This document shows, in pieces, positions 9,190-18,887 of a stretch of 64,000 bases of DNA. The DNA lies in assembly GCA_964531275.1 (NCBI GenBank), contig CAZHDZ010000002.1:122180-186179 (forward strand), read 5' to 3'. The translations under genes and the position numbers were made by a program. This DNA comes from an uncultured Gammaproteobacteria bacterium (GTDB taxonomy: Bacteria > Patescibacteriota > Microgenomatia > Levybacterales > GWA1-39-11). The notes beneath the pieces were generated by a model. It saw only the letters and a program-made list of their open reading frames with translations. It was not told where the DNA came from and did not search any database. Each line of letters opens with the position of its first letter. The stretch's first letter is position 1.

Positions 9190-10272
9190 ATGAGTAAAGA
9201 AATTATTAACTATAGTCAATGTTGGGAAGATCCCACCATTCTTCTTAGGGCACTAAAGATATCAAAAAATGACATTGTTCTTTCGATAACTTCAGGAGGA
9301 GATAATACTTTGTCGATCGTGTCAAAGGATCCTAAGAAAATCGAAACAATTGATACCAATAGTGCTCAAAATTATCTTTTTGACCTAAAACTTTCCGCAA
9401 TACACTCCTTAAGTTATGATGAAGTACTTGAGTTTTTGGGGTTATCAGATTCTACTGATCGTATAGGGCTTTTTAAAAAACTTAAAGGAAATTTAAATTC
9501 AAAATCATTCAGTTGGTGGTTAAGTAAACCAACTCTTATTGAAAAAGGAGTAATTCATGTAGGAAAGCTTGAGCGCTTTCTCAATGGATTTCGAAGATTT
9601 GTGCTTCCTTTAATTCATGCCCAGAGTACCATAGAAGAATTTTGCTCGCAGGTAACACTTAGGAGGCAGCAAGTTTTTTACGCAAAATTTTGGAATACGT
9701 GGAAATGGAGAGCGTACTTCAAGATTTCGTCTCACCCTTTTGTTCTTAATCGCTTTGCAAGACAAAAAGAAATGACTTCCAACGTATCAACAGGAATAGT
9801 TACAACTAAATACTTTGATCGGCTTGAAAAAAGTCTTAATCAACAGCTCCTCTCAAATAACTATTTCATGACGTATTGCCTGAAAGGAAGCTTTTCAGAC
9901 ACTAAGCCGCACTATTTGAATGCAGACTCTTACAACAATATTAGAGCTTCCAAAACAGCAATAAATGTTACAACCATAGACGCTCTATCCTTTCTTAAAT
10001 CCGCAAAGACTAATACTTTTTCGAAATATAATCTATCCGACATCTTTGAGGCATTACCCCCAAAAGAATATGAAATGCTTTGGGAAGAAATAGTTAGAAC
10101 TGCTAAGAATAACGCTACTGTTGCCTACTGGAACAATCTTATAAAGAGACCTCTACCTTACCATTTGAAGCAAGTTGTTAGGGAAGACATGCGTCTGTCA
10201 AAAGTGTTAAGTAATCAGGATAGAGTCTTTTTTTATGACGGCTTTCACGTATGCACGATAATCAAGAAATGA
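9190..10272 (+). CDS. DUF3419/BtaA-like SAM-dependent 3-amino-3-carboxypropyltransferase
   Basis: YSQCWEDP, VLSITSGGDN, D.NSAQ..L..LK, LSDIFE, YWN and DRVFFY motifs typical of DUF3419. Confidence 0.85.
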   Translation: MSKEIINYSQCWEDPTILLRALKISKNDIVLSITSGGDNTLSIVSKDPKKIETIDTNSAQNYLFDLKLSAIHSLSYDEVLEFLGLSDSTDRIGLFKKLKGNLNSKSFSWWLSKPTLIEKGVIHVGKLERFLNGFRRFVLPLIHAQSTIEEFCSQVTLRRQQVFYAKFWNTWKWRAYFKISSHPFVLNRFARQKEMTSNVSTGIVTTKYFDRLEKSLNQQLLSNNYFMTYCLKGSFSDTKPHYLNADSYNNIRASKTAINVTTIDALSFLKSAKTNTFSKYNLSDIFEALPPKEYEMLWEEIVRTAKNNATVAYWNNLIKRPLPYHLKQVVREDMRLSKVLSNQDRVFFYDGFHVCTIIKK

Positions 10273-11147
10273 AAAACAACCTATTTTATAAATTTTATGT
10301 GTATCAAAATGAGCGATTTCCTCTGATTGTGCTTGCAATAAGTTTGCTTCCTGCAGTTCTTAGCTCTAGTGTAATTGTAGAAAGTGCAGCTTCCGTGCCC
10401 AAGATAGGACTGACAGTTTTAATCGCAATACTTTATCTGCTTCACGTACGTTTGTTAGATGATAGACGGGATTTTTTGCATGACAATAAATTTCACAAAG
10501 ACCGTCCTGTTCAGATGGGAATTATTTCTAAGAAAGAGCTTATCTCTATAGATATACTTATAGTCCCACTATTAGTTCTTCTTGCACTTCTTAGCGGACC
10601 ATTGGCATTGCTCCTCATGCTACTTCTCATATCCTTTTCTTACTTTGCAGAGCAAAATTTTCATATTGGATCATTTCTGAGCCGACACTTCTTCCTCTAC
10701 AACTTGTTGAATACGTGTCAGACGATTGGTTTGCAAATATTTATATACTTTTTCCTCAATAGTAAATTAGAAATTAACAATCTTTTGTTTTTACATTTTC
10801 TTTTTACTTGTCTCGGTACCCTAGTATTCGAATTTGCACGGAAAGTAAAACGGCCTGGTAAAGATGGTTCTGGAAAAGACACCTATACTCACTTCCTGGG
10901 TTTTAGAAAGTCTATTTTTGCTTACTTGTTCTTATGCTGTATCAATTTGAGCATTTTTCTAGCCATTGCAACAATCATTGCTAAAGATAGTTCAGGCATA
11001 GTTGTGGGCACTATTTTGGCTGCTATCTTAATTTTAGGCACATCCATATTCCACCTTAAGAAGAAGGAAGCGTATTCTGAAAAAATAATGCAGCTATCCT
11101 TCATTTTGTCTTATGCAGTATGTAATTTAGTAATTTTTCTCTTATGA
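10269..11147 (+). CDS. UbiA prenyltransferase-family membrane protein
   Basis: NERFP, Asp-rich RLLDDRRDFLHD..FH.DRP...G, and FEFARK...DTYT. ATGA overlap with the upstream gene. Confidence 0.8.
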   Translation: MKNNLFYKFYVYQNERFPLIVLAISLLPAVLSSSVIVESAASVPKIGLTVLIAILYLLHVRLLDDRRDFLHDNKFHKDRPVQMGIISKKELISIDILIVPLLVLLALLSGPLALLLMLLLISFSYFAEQNFHIGSFLSRHFFLYNLLNTCQTIGLQIFIYFFLNSKLEINNLLFLHFLFTCLGTLVFEFARKVKRPGKDGSGKDTYTHFLGFRKSIFAYLFLCCINLSIFLAIATIIAKDSSGIVVGTILAAILILGTSIFHLKKKEAYSEKIMQLSFILSYAVCNLVIFLL

Positions 11148-12733
11148 AACAATATTTTGACAGCGCAAATATTGCGGAGAGTTATTCTGGGATTGTTCTT
11201 CCCCTAACATCCTCCTTTGCCAAAATGGTTTACTCTCGTGTATACAGAGATTTGCTTAAAAAATCTGGAATTTCTGACAAGAAAGTCGAGTCATATAGAC
11301 ACATATTTGATGGGCTACTCGCATTTTTTTATGGGCGGATGTATTACAACATGAATAACTGGTATTTAATGGCGGCTTTTGCACCGGGATATAAAGCGAA
11401 TAAGAAAAATTTTGAAAGAATGATTACGAGTAATATAAAAGAGGAAATTGTTACCTCTATTAAGCCCTCTCTTCTATATAGACTCATATATCCTGAAATC
11501 CTAACATATAAAATTATTACGTATGGTTACAACGCTAAAAGATTCAAACTAACAGTCAGAAAAAAAATGAAAGCACTAAATGAATTGGATTTCGCAACAC
11601 TTTCCTACAAAGAATGCATTCAGCTTTTTGATCGAATCAATAAAGACTTTCTTAACAAATGGTACGTAGCTGTTGAAAACGATTTTTTTGTTATGACTTA
11701 TCTAGGAATTCTCAGTAAATTACTCACTGAGCAAGAATTTCAAAAAGTACTTACCTTCAAAAGTAAAGCCACAGAACAGGTTCAAGAAATAATTCAGTTA
11801 AGTAGTGAAATGGGAAAAGTAAAACTCTTGTGGAATGCAATTTTGAAGAATAATGAAAAAGAATTCTGGAAGCAGCTGTCTCTTAATCCTAAGATTAAAA
11901 GAATGTACAAGAACTATTCAGTAACTTTTGGAGGTAGATTCGCAAATGAACTAAAACTGGAATCTATTGGTGCAGACGAAGATATTACAAAACTTTTTGA
12001 CACTCTCAAAATGTATAGAAATTTTAAAATAGAACATTCTGTCCAAAGAGAAATTGGCATAACATCTAGAAAAAAAATGCTCGTTCAATTAATTCTAGGG
12101 CAATTTAAAAAATATGCTTCTCAGCGTGAAGAATTTAGGTTGCTACGGTCAAACACATATGGTTTGACCAGAAAGCTCTTTCGCAGAATGGGACAAATTT
12201 TAGTTGAGAAGAATCTTATTTCTTCAATTGATGACGTATTTTATTTAGAGCTCAATGAGCTATTGTCTGATTCAATATTACAAAATAAAAAGCTTAAAGA
12301 TATTATCTTAAAGAGAAAAAAAATATATGAAGAATATAAAAAAATTACTCCTCCAAGTCATTTTGAGACTGAAAACAACAAACTTCCAAAGCTTACAGAA
12401 AGAAAAACTATAAAAACCAAGATCATTCAAGCAAGGCCAGCATCTCCTGGAATTATTAGGGGGAAAGTAAGGGTTTTTAAAGATTTCTATATGCCAGATA
12501 AAATCGATTTTGATATTCTTGTTACCTCCCATACCGATCCTGGTTGGACTTCTCTAATGGGGCTTTCAAAAGGGATGATAATTGAGCATGGAGGGATACT
12601 TTCTCATGCATCAATTGTTGCAAGAGAGCTAAAAATTCCGGCTGTGATAGGCGCCATCGATGCTGTAAGCTTCCTACAGAACGGACAAATAGTCGAAATT
12701 GACGGCTCAACGGGAGTAATTAAAATACTTTAG
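11144..12733 (+). CDS. PEP-utilising enzyme (rifampicin-phosphotransferase/PEP-synthase-like), substrate-binding plus His-swivel domains
   Basis: NIAESYSGIVLPLTSSF, GRMYYN, ASPGIIRGKV, TDPGW, GGILSHASIVARELKIPAV and IDGSTG. Confidence 0.85.
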   Translation: MKQYFDSANIAESYSGIVLPLTSSFAKMVYSRVYRDLLKKSGISDKKVESYRHIFDGLLAFFYGRMYYNMNNWYLMAAFAPGYKANKKNFERMITSNIKEEIVTSIKPSLLYRLIYPEILTYKIITYGYNAKRFKLTVRKKMKALNELDFATLSYKECIQLFDRINKDFLNKWYVAVENDFFVMTYLGILSKLLTEQEFQKVLTFKSKATEQVQEIIQLSSEMGKVKLLWNAILKNNEKEFWKQLSLNPKIKRMYKNYSVTFGGRFANELKLESIGADEDITKLFDTLKMYRNFKIEHSVQREIGITSRKKMLVQLILGQFKKYASQREEFRLLRSNTYGLTRKLFRRMGQILVEKNLISSIDDVFYLELNELLSDSILQNKKLKDIILKRKKIYEEYKKITPPSHFETENNKLPKLTERKTIKTKIIQARPASPGIIRGKVRVFKDFYMPDKIDFDILVTSHTDPGWTSLMGLSKGMIIEHGGILSHASIVARELKIPAVIGAIDAVSFLQNGQIVEIDGSTGVIKIL

Positions 12734-12734
12734 T

Positions 12735-13739
12735 ATGAAGATAAAAATCTACAAAGCAGAAGTGAATTTGCCAGCTGCTCTACTCGGTTTTTTAGATAGG
12801 ACTTATGGCACTCATAAGAATTACGACCTTTTTTTGAACGATTTTAAAAAAGCTTTTGCTTACTGCGTTGAGAGTAGCAATATAAAGTTTATTCCATTTA
12901 TTATTGAGAAAGACAAGGAAATGTTGGGTCACATTTCTTTAATCCTCGATCAACGATTGGGTCCAGCTACAGCTTTTTTCGGATTTTTTGAACTGGTGAA
13001 TGATAAAGCAGTATTTGATCTATTGTGGACAGAGCTTTGTAGTGAGGCGAAAAAGAAGGGTATTAAAATGCTTTTGGGGCCTGTTAATGGAAGTATTTGG
13101 CATCAGTATAGGAACATTAGTAAAAGTGATACCTCTGAGTATTTTAATTCTGAACCGATGAGTCAAAAGCATTACTTCGCTTTTCTTAAAGGCAGCAATG
13201 CAATAAAAGAAATAGAATATCATTCTGCATATCGAGAGAATTTTGCTGCCGTAATGTCTAAAATTAAGACCTCGGAAAGTATTCTTAAAGACTCTGGTTT
13301 TACTATAGAGCAGGAGGAAAAAATGGACCTAGGAAAGCTTATTAAGATTGCACATCTCTCAAAAACAGTTTTTTCTAAAAGTTGGGGATTTACAGAATTA
13401 ACAAAAGAAGAATTTTTAAAGCTCTATCCATCAGACAAAATTGAAGAAAATCTTAACAAGCTCTATATTCTTTACAAAAGAGAAGAAATTATTGGTTACT
13501 GTAGCACTATTATTGAAGATAAAGATACATTAATCTGTAAGACTATATGCATACTACCTGAGTATCAGGGGCTGGGATTGGGAAATGCCCTTGCCTTTAG
13601 AGTACATAAAGATGCAATTTCTGATGGATATTCTAAGATAATATACGCTTTGGTAAGAACAGATAATAAAATTAAGAATTTTCCTCAAAATGATGTTGTT
13701 ATTTTTAGAAACTACTCCACTTTTGAATTTAAAATATGA
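12735..13739 (+). CDS. GNAT-fold acyltransferase-like protein
   Basis: FFGFFE, LLGPVNGSIWHQYR, WGF and ILPEYQGLGLG (acyl-CoA-binding motif). Confidence 0.75.
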   Translation: MKIKIYKAEVNLPAALLGFLDRTYGTHKNYDLFLNDFKKAFAYCVESSNIKFIPFIIEKDKEMLGHISLILDQRLGPATAFFGFFELVNDKAVFDLLWTELCSEAKKKGIKMLLGPVNGSIWHQYRNISKSDTSEYFNSEPMSQKHYFAFLKGSNAIKEIEYHSAYRENFAAVMSKIKTSESILKDSGFTIEQEEKMDLGKLIKIAHLSKTVFSKSWGFTELTKEEFLKLYPSDKIEENLNKLYILYKREEIIGYCSTIIEDKDTLICKTICILPEYQGLGLGNALAFRVHKDAISDGYSKIIYALVRTDNKIKNFPQNDVVIFRNYSTFEFKI

Positions 13740-14359
13740 ATCTAGCATTCTTCGGTTTTCTTGTCATGTCAATTGCTATTTTATTTATTTCTGAAATTGC
13801 CAGAAGAAAGCTAAATTTGCCTACGGAAATAACAAGAAGAGCTACACATGTAGTTGCTGCATTTATTGCTGCGATTTCCTCTCTATTCTTAGATAAATGG
13901 TTAATTGTAGTAGGATGTCTACTGTTTGCTGGAATAATGTTCTTATCTCGAAGAACAAGCCTTTTTAACTCTATACAAAAAGTAAAAAGAAAATCTTTGG
14001 GTGAAGTGTTCTTACCATTAAGCGAGGCAATAACAGCTTTAATTTTCCTGCCCATAGGACGGATCGAATTTCAGTATGGAGTGCTTGTCATGGGTCTTTC
14101 CGATCCTCTTGCTGGATTTATAGGAACGCGTTTTGGAAAACACGAAATTAAAATATTAGGAAACACAAAAAGCCTCGAGGGGTCACTTTCTTTCTTTCTA
14201 TGTACATTGATGTTGACACTTGTCTTTGCTCCCACGATAGGAATTAACTTACTAATCCTGCCCTTGTTATTAACGCTTATAGAGATTTGCCTAGGCTATG
14301 GTACAGACAACCTTGTGCTCCCTATCGCAGGAGCTACTCTGCTAAGTTTTTGTATATAA
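13736..14359 (+). CDS. CTP-dependent polyprenol kinase (phytol/dolichol kinase family)
   Basis: EITRRATH, SDPLAGFIGTRFG, KSLEGS and GTDNL.LP motifs. Confidence 0.85.
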   Translation: MNLAFFGFLVMSIAILFISEIARRKLNLPTEITRRATHVVAAFIAAISSLFLDKWLIVVGCLLFAGIMFLSRRTSLFNSIQKVKRKSLGEVFLPLSEAITALIFLPIGRIEFQYGVLVMGLSDPLAGFIGTRFGKHEIKILGNTKSLEGSLSFFLCTLMLTLVFAPTIGINLLILPLLLTLIEICLGYGTDNLVLPIAGATLLSFCI

Positions 14360-14587
14360 AATTCTCAAAAGAAAATTTTCTTTGCATTTCCTTACTATAA
14401 TCTTGTCGTGTTGGATGTCAGAAATCTGCATACTTTAATGAGTATGTTAAATATGATTTCAAATACTCTCTCTGTGTTATCTAGGAGGTTTTACGCTCTT
14501 TGCGGAATTAAAGGCCATGAAGTGTACTCACTTTTTGTCCAAGTTACTATGCATTGAGAATGTAAATACTTGTGCTATAGTGAATTT

Positions 14588-14812
14588 ATGAAGAAGAAAT
14601 GGGGAATTTTTGATCAAATTTTGTGGCTCTACTCCCTTCTTGCTACTATTTTTTATATTCTAGTATTTCTTTCTGTCGTTTTAAATCCTTCACCTGGTGC
14701 TTCTACAAATTCCGAGATTTCAATGGGTGGTATAATTTTTGTTGTGAGCCTTATACCGGTATTATTATTTCTTATTCGTGAGGGATATTTCCACTTCAAA
14801 TATTCCAAATAA
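14588..14812 (+). CDS. Small 2-TM hypothetical protein
   Basis: Two hydrophobic segments; TGCTATAGT lies just upstream of the ATG at 14588. Confidence 0.6.
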   Translation: MKKKWGIFDQILWLYSLLATIFYILVFLSVVLNPSPGASTNSEISMGGIIFVVSLIPVLLFLIREGYFHFKYSK

Positions 14813-14833
14813 TTTAATAGCTGTTTCTAGGAA

Positions 14834-15013
14834 CTACCCCTTTTTGCTTTTGGGACGAAATACAGAACCTGTGATAACTGCTACAAAAAGTGCACGTAGT
14901 CCTTTGCCAATACCGGTAATAATCGAAGCTATAATTGCACTTATCTGCTTGGCAAATTGTGTTAATAAATTCTCAGTAACAGGATCCAGTTTTGGTTTGT
15001 CATTCTCGGCCAT
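14834..15013 (-). CDS. 59-aa hypothetical protein (below the ORF-track cutoff)
   Basis: MAENDKPKLDPVTENLLTQFAKQISAIIASIITGIGKGLRALFVAVITGSVFRPKSKKG*; TGCTATACT lies 6 nt upstream of the ATG. Confidence 0.65.
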   Translation of the reverse strand: MAENDKPKLDPVTENLLTQFAKQISAIIASIITGIGKGLRALFVAVITGSVFRPKSKKG

Positions 15014-15084
15014 AAAATTAGTATAGCAATTAATTTACAAAAATCTCCTTAGTGTGTTAGAGTATTTTTATAGTGAGCTCTCCG

Positions 15085-15474
15085 ATGAAAGAAAAATCCG
15101 CATCAGACCAAATTGATGCAATTGTTAAGAAGTTTGATGGTTGGCGTAGTGAGAAACTTGTCCTTATTCGTAAATTAATAAAGCAGGCAGACCCTGATGT
15201 CATAGAAGAAGTTAAATGGAAGTCTCCTTCAAATCCGGATGGTGTTCCTACGTGGTCTCATGATGGAATAATTTGCACAGGGGAAACGTATAAGAGCCAT
15301 CTTCGAATTGCATTTGCAAAAGGCCCATCCCTTAAAAATTCGGAAGGTGTAATGAATTCTTATAGGGCAGTAATTATTCGCGAGGAAGATGCTGTTAATG
15401 AAAAAGCCTTTAGTGAGCTTGTAGCTGAGGCGGTAAAACTCAATCAGGAGAAGAAAAAAAATAATGGAAAATGA
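15085..15474 (+). CDS. DUF1801 (YdhG-like) protein
   Basis: [18 protein letters not shown]...[18 protein letters not shown]...FAKG. Confidence 0.85.
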   Translation: MKEKSASDQIDAIVKKFDGWRSEKLVLIRKLIKQADPDVIEEVKWKSPSNPDGVPTWSHDGIICTGETYKSHLRIAFAKGPSLKNSEGVMNSYRAVIIREEDAVNEKAFSELVAEAVKLNQEKKKNNGK

Positions 15475-15841
15475 GAAAACAATACAACGAGTTCGTGCAA
15501 TGAAGGTTGCTGGAGTATATCCATTTTATGTTGCAAAGGCAGAGAAAAAAAATCGTTCAAAAGATGAAGTAGATGAAATTCTTTGCTGGCTAACGGGATA
15601 CAGTAAAAAAGAATTAGGTGAACAATTAGATAGTGATACAAATTTTGAAATGTTTTTTACGAAAGCTCCTCGCATGAATCCTTCGCGAGCATTAATTAAG
15701 GGCATGGTTTGCGGAGTTCGTGTTGAAGATGTGAAAGATCCTATCCTACGTGAAGTTAGGTATTTAGATAAATTAGTTGACGAACTGGCTCATGGAAAAG
15801 CTATGGAAAAAATCTTACGTCAACCTCAAGCGGCTATTTGA
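15464..15841 (+). CDS. DUF2200 family protein
   Basis: [13 protein letters not shown]...[20 protein letters not shown] and [14 protein letters not shown]. Confidence 0.9.
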   Translation: MENEKTIQRVRAMKVAGVYPFYVAKAEKKNRSKDEVDEILCWLTGYSKKELGEQLDSDTNFEMFFTKAPRMNPSRALIKGMVCGVRVEDVKDPILREVRYLDKLVDELAHGKAMEKILRQPQAAI

Positions 15842-16434
15842 ACAGTAAATTCTGTAGGCGCTACGTCATTCTTTCCTTCATGAGGCTCAAGCATTGCGTG
15901 AATGCTATTAAACCAATTTGTCCATAATGTTTTTGTTGGATCTGTGACTCTTTGCGGTTCTTCAGCAACAGAAAATCCTTGGCCCAAACACAAAGCCAGT
16001 ATTTCCGCAATATTCTCGTAAGGTTCTGTAATTACCAATTTACCATCTCTTCTTAATACCCTTTTGCTGGAATTTAGTATTTTTGCGTACAGGTCTTTTT
16101 GCCGACCATGGTTTTGAATCTCCTGTGAATCATGATAGCCGTTATCAAATATTTGCTCTGTGTCAGACCAATCTAGTAGATGTCCGTCTGTTCTAAGCTC
16201 ATCGAATACGTTATTTAAATACAAACCACTAATTGATTGCTCTTGGAAAGGAAGACTACAGTGATCATCGATTTGCCATTTAATCAAATGAAGATTGTCC
16301 GGCTTATCCAGCACGGGTCTTACAGTTGGATCAAGGGCAATGTACTGAGCATTGCTATTTTGTACCGATTGTCTCAGAAAAAAATCTGCTTTTGTACCGC
16401 CTCCAATATCAACGTAAATTGACTGCTCTTTCAT
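15826..16434 (-). CDS. Putative class I SAM-dependent methyltransferase
   Basis: VDIGGG, IALD, LPF and [11 protein letters not shown]. Confidence 0.6.
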   Translation of the reverse strand: MKEQSIYVDIGGGTKADFFLRQSVQNSNAQYIALDPTVRPVLDKPDNLHLIKWQIDDHCSLPFQEQSISGLYLNNVFDELRTDGHLLDWSDTEQIFDNGYHDSQEIQNHGRQKDLYAKILNSSKRVLRRDGKLVITEPYENIAEILALCLGQGFSVAEEPQRVTDPTKTLWTNWFNSIHAMLEPHEGKNDVAPTEFTVQIAA

Positions 16435-16475
16435 GGCTGGGAGTATATCTTATTATAGGATTAAATTCAATGAAG

Positions 16476-17072
16476 TTAGTTAATCTGTGCAGTTTTGACT
16501 TCGCCTGCTCGCTTATATTTAGCAAAAATTACCCCACTCGGTGTAACTGTTGATTCATAGAGGTGAAAAGCAAAAGGTCTTGTCCCTTTCTCAAATAACC
16601 GTTTTCCGTCCCCTATGGTGACAGGAAAAGTCTTAAGCCAAAATTCATCTACCAAGTCGTGTTCCATTAAGGTCTGAACAAGATTTGCGCTTCCGTATAC
16701 CTGCAAGTCTGGGCCCTCGGAGTTCTTCAATTCTTTTAATTCTTCAACACTTTTTATAACTTTAGTATTTTCCCAGCTAGGATTTTCTAGAGTACTAGAT
16801 ACAACATATTTAGTGATATCGTTAACTTGAGGCCACATGTCTGTGTGAGTCGGCCAAAAATTTACCCAAATGTCATAAGTTTTTCGTCCCAGGAGGAGGG
16901 CCTTCGTCTCTTCCATTTGCTTATTCATTTCCTGACCACCAACTTCATCTTCAAAATGTGGACCCATCCACCCGCCATATTGGAAATTGTTAGAAGTATC
17001 TTCCCCAGGACCACCTGGTGCCTGGATAACTCCATCAAGGGTAAGAAATTCGAGTACATAGATTTTTCTCAT
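16476..17072 (-). CDS. Dihydrofolate reductase / RibD C-terminal family protein
   Basis: FLTLDGVIQAPGGPGED, LLLGRKTY, VYGSANLVQTL and GDGKRLF. Confidence 0.9.
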   Translation of the reverse strand: MRKIYVLEFLTLDGVIQAPGGPGEDTSNNFQYGGWMGPHFEDEVGGQEMNKQMEETKALLLGRKTYDIWVNFWPTHTDMWPQVNDITKYVVSSTLENPSWENTKVIKSVEELKELKNSEGPDLQVYGSANLVQTLMEHDLVDEFWLKTFPVTIGDGKRLFEKGTRPFAFHLYESTVTPSGVIFAKYKRAGEVKTAQIN

Positions 17073-17117
17073 GTAATTAATTCTATCACCCTTTTTTGGC
17101 ATGATATTATTAAATTT

Positions 17118-17687
17118 GTGGGAATAATAACTTATTTTGATGTATTAGCCGTACTTCTCTTTGTCTTGATCTGGATTGGGATTGTAACTTTCCTTAGAAT
17201 TAAAAAACAAAAAAGTTTTATCTATTTATTATTTTTCACTATTTTCTACTTATATCTTTTTAAGGTGCTTGATTACACGTTATTTCAATTTCAATCTTTA
17301 TTAATTCTAAAATATTTAATGCCAAATCTTATACTTAGAGGTCAAGAAGCAGGTGAAAGTATCAACGTAATTCCTCTTATTACCCTTACAGGCGAAGATG
17401 TAAGAACATCTTTTCTGAACATAGTGATGTTAGTACCTTTTGGCTTCGGATTGCCCTTTATTACCAAGTTCCGTATGAAGAATGTAATTGTTGTAGGATT
17501 GGCTTTTAGTATTGTTATTGAGCTGCTACAACTATTAACAGGTAGTATTGCTGGGATTACGTTCAGGATTTTTGATATTAATGATGTATTTTTTAATACT
17601 CTTGGCGTTATCTTAGGCTACACTCTATTTATGTGGTCAAAACAAATTTTTCATCGCATATTTCCTAGGCTTGCTCTGGAGTATTAA
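17118..17687 (+). CDS. VanZ family membrane protein
   Basis: INVIP, NIVMLVPFGF, IELLQL and FDINDVFFNTLG. The GTG at 17118 is preferred over the long overlapping ORF start. Confidence 0.85.
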   Translation: MGIITYFDVLAVLLFVLIWIGIVTFLRIKKQKSFIYLLFFTIFYLYLFKVLDYTLFQFQSLLILKYLMPNLILRGQEAGESINVIPLITLTGEDVRTSFLNIVMLVPFGFGLPFITKFRMKNVIVVGLAFSIVIELLQLLTGSIAGITFRIFDINDVFFNTLGVILGYTLFMWSKQIFHRIFPRLALEY

Positions 17688-17852
17688 GCACCTCGCTTTT
17701 GTGGTTGATGCTATTGATGAAGTGGTAGCTTCCGTAAAAGAAAAGTGATGGGAAGTTTTTGTAGGCGTTTATGATTACGAAATGTCTACAAGTTATACTG
17801 CTCCAAGGGACCTGCCGGAATTGTCATTGAGCTTGCAGAGAAGATGAGGTAA
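17683..17852 (+). pseudogene. VOC/glyoxalase family C-terminal remnant
   Basis: IKHLAFVVDAIDEVVASVKEK*WEVFVGVYDYE, then a 1-nt frameshift to VYKLYCSKGPAGIVIELAEKMR*. This matches the HIAF.VDD...Y.LCY.RGPEGIIIELAE pattern. Confidence 0.75.
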
Positions 17853-17855
17853 ATC

Positions 17856-18629
17856 TCATTTGGCTTCTACTTTACCTATCCATTTTCTAAATATTTGCTC
17901 TATTTCATCCAGCTGTGATTTTTCTTTAAAAGTGTGTGGTGCTTTTTTGATTATGTGAATTTCCTTATTTCCTGGTAGTTTGTCATAAAGTATTCGTTGG
18001 TGCGATGGAGGTGTACTTTCATCTTGATCTCCAACAATAAGGAGTACGGGCATTGTAAGACACGATGCTTCTGGCAAAACATCGTGTTTGAGTCTATCAA
18101 CCATGTGAGACCAGGGAAGTCTTTTGACCCCACCAGGTGCTCTATCACTTTTTTCTTCTTCCCATCCACTTTGCTCCCATTGTTTCATTTCATCTACCCC
18201 TCTTGATTCGGCACTTAATTTTCCGGAAACTACAGAAGAAATAGGAGCAAGACCTTTAACTTCTTTAGAGTGTTTTTCGGCATAAACAATAGTTGAGATA
18301 CCACCCAGGCTATGACCGACTAAATAGAAAGGTTCTTGATACCAGGATTGGGACTTTGACCATGTTATTACATCTTCTAAGTCTTCGTAGTAATTAGTCG
18401 TTGTTGCATCCTCATATCTTCCATCGCTTTCCCCAAATGTGTTAGTGGTATCGAATCTAACGACAACGAAGTCTTTGTCTTTAAATGCTTGTGCAAATGT
18501 AGCTATGTGTTCTTGCTCTTTGGAGCCGCTTAATCCATGCATAACGAAAGCTAAACCTTTCTGATTTTTTTCTTCATCAACAAGGACTACAACGTTTTGA
18601 CCTTTTCTATTTTGGATTTTCGTCTTCAC
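17856..18629 (-). CDS. Alpha/beta-fold hydrolase
   Basis: MHGLSG, GESDG, nucleophile GHSLGG, GDQD and APH triad residues. Confidence 0.9.
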   Translation of the reverse strand: MKTKIQNRKGQNVVVLVDEEKNQKGLAFVMHGLSGSKEQEHIATFAQAFKDKDFVVVRFDTTNTFGESDGRYEDATTTNYYEDLEDVITWSKSQSWYQEPFYLVGHSLGGISTIVYAEKHSKEVKGLAPISSVVSGKLSAESRGVDEMKQWEQSGWEEEKSDRAPGGVKRLPWSHMVDRLKHDVLPEASCLTMPVLLIVGDQDESTPPSHQRILYDKLPGNKEIHIIKKAPHTFKEKSQLDEIEQIFRKWIGKVEAK

Positions 18630-18695
18630 AAAAGGAGTATATCAAAGAAAAGAGAGGTTGAGGCAAGTTTGATTCTTATGGAATTAAGAACTTTG

Positions 18696-18766
18696 CTGGG
18701 ACGCTTGGATTCGAACCAAAATACACAGCTCCAAAGGCTGCGGTCCTACCATTAGACGACATCCCA
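18696..18766 (-). tRNA. tRNA-Gln(TTG), CCA not encoded
   Basis: TGGGATGTCGTCTAATGGTAGGACCGCAGCCTTTGGAGCTGTGTATTTTGGTTCGAATCCAAGCGTCCCAG. Acceptor, D, anticodon (TTG) and TTCGAAT arms are all present. Confidence 0.95.
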
Positions 18767-18887
18767 ACAAAGTTCTCAAACACTGACAACAAAATTCTCA
18801 AATTGTTGTCGTAGACAATTATACCAAACTAACCTTCACCTTCAACAAACTGCTATTATTTTGATTTTCGCAAGGTTTGAGAGTAAT

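Noticed and set aside
14408-14557. Possible 49-codon GTG-started ORF in the intergenic gap
   Set aside because: No recognisable features; coding status cannot be supported.
14778-15026. Plus-strand 82-aa ORF and other short overlapping ORFs in the track
   Set aside because: These are shadow ORFs of better-supported genes (here the minus-strand 14834-15013; likewise those within dipZ, the GTs and others).
17683-17852. TGA-as-glycine recoding (genetic code 25)
   Set aside because: The TGA sits at a Gly position, but the remnant also has a frameshift, and many intact genes end in TGA with ATGA coupling under code 11.
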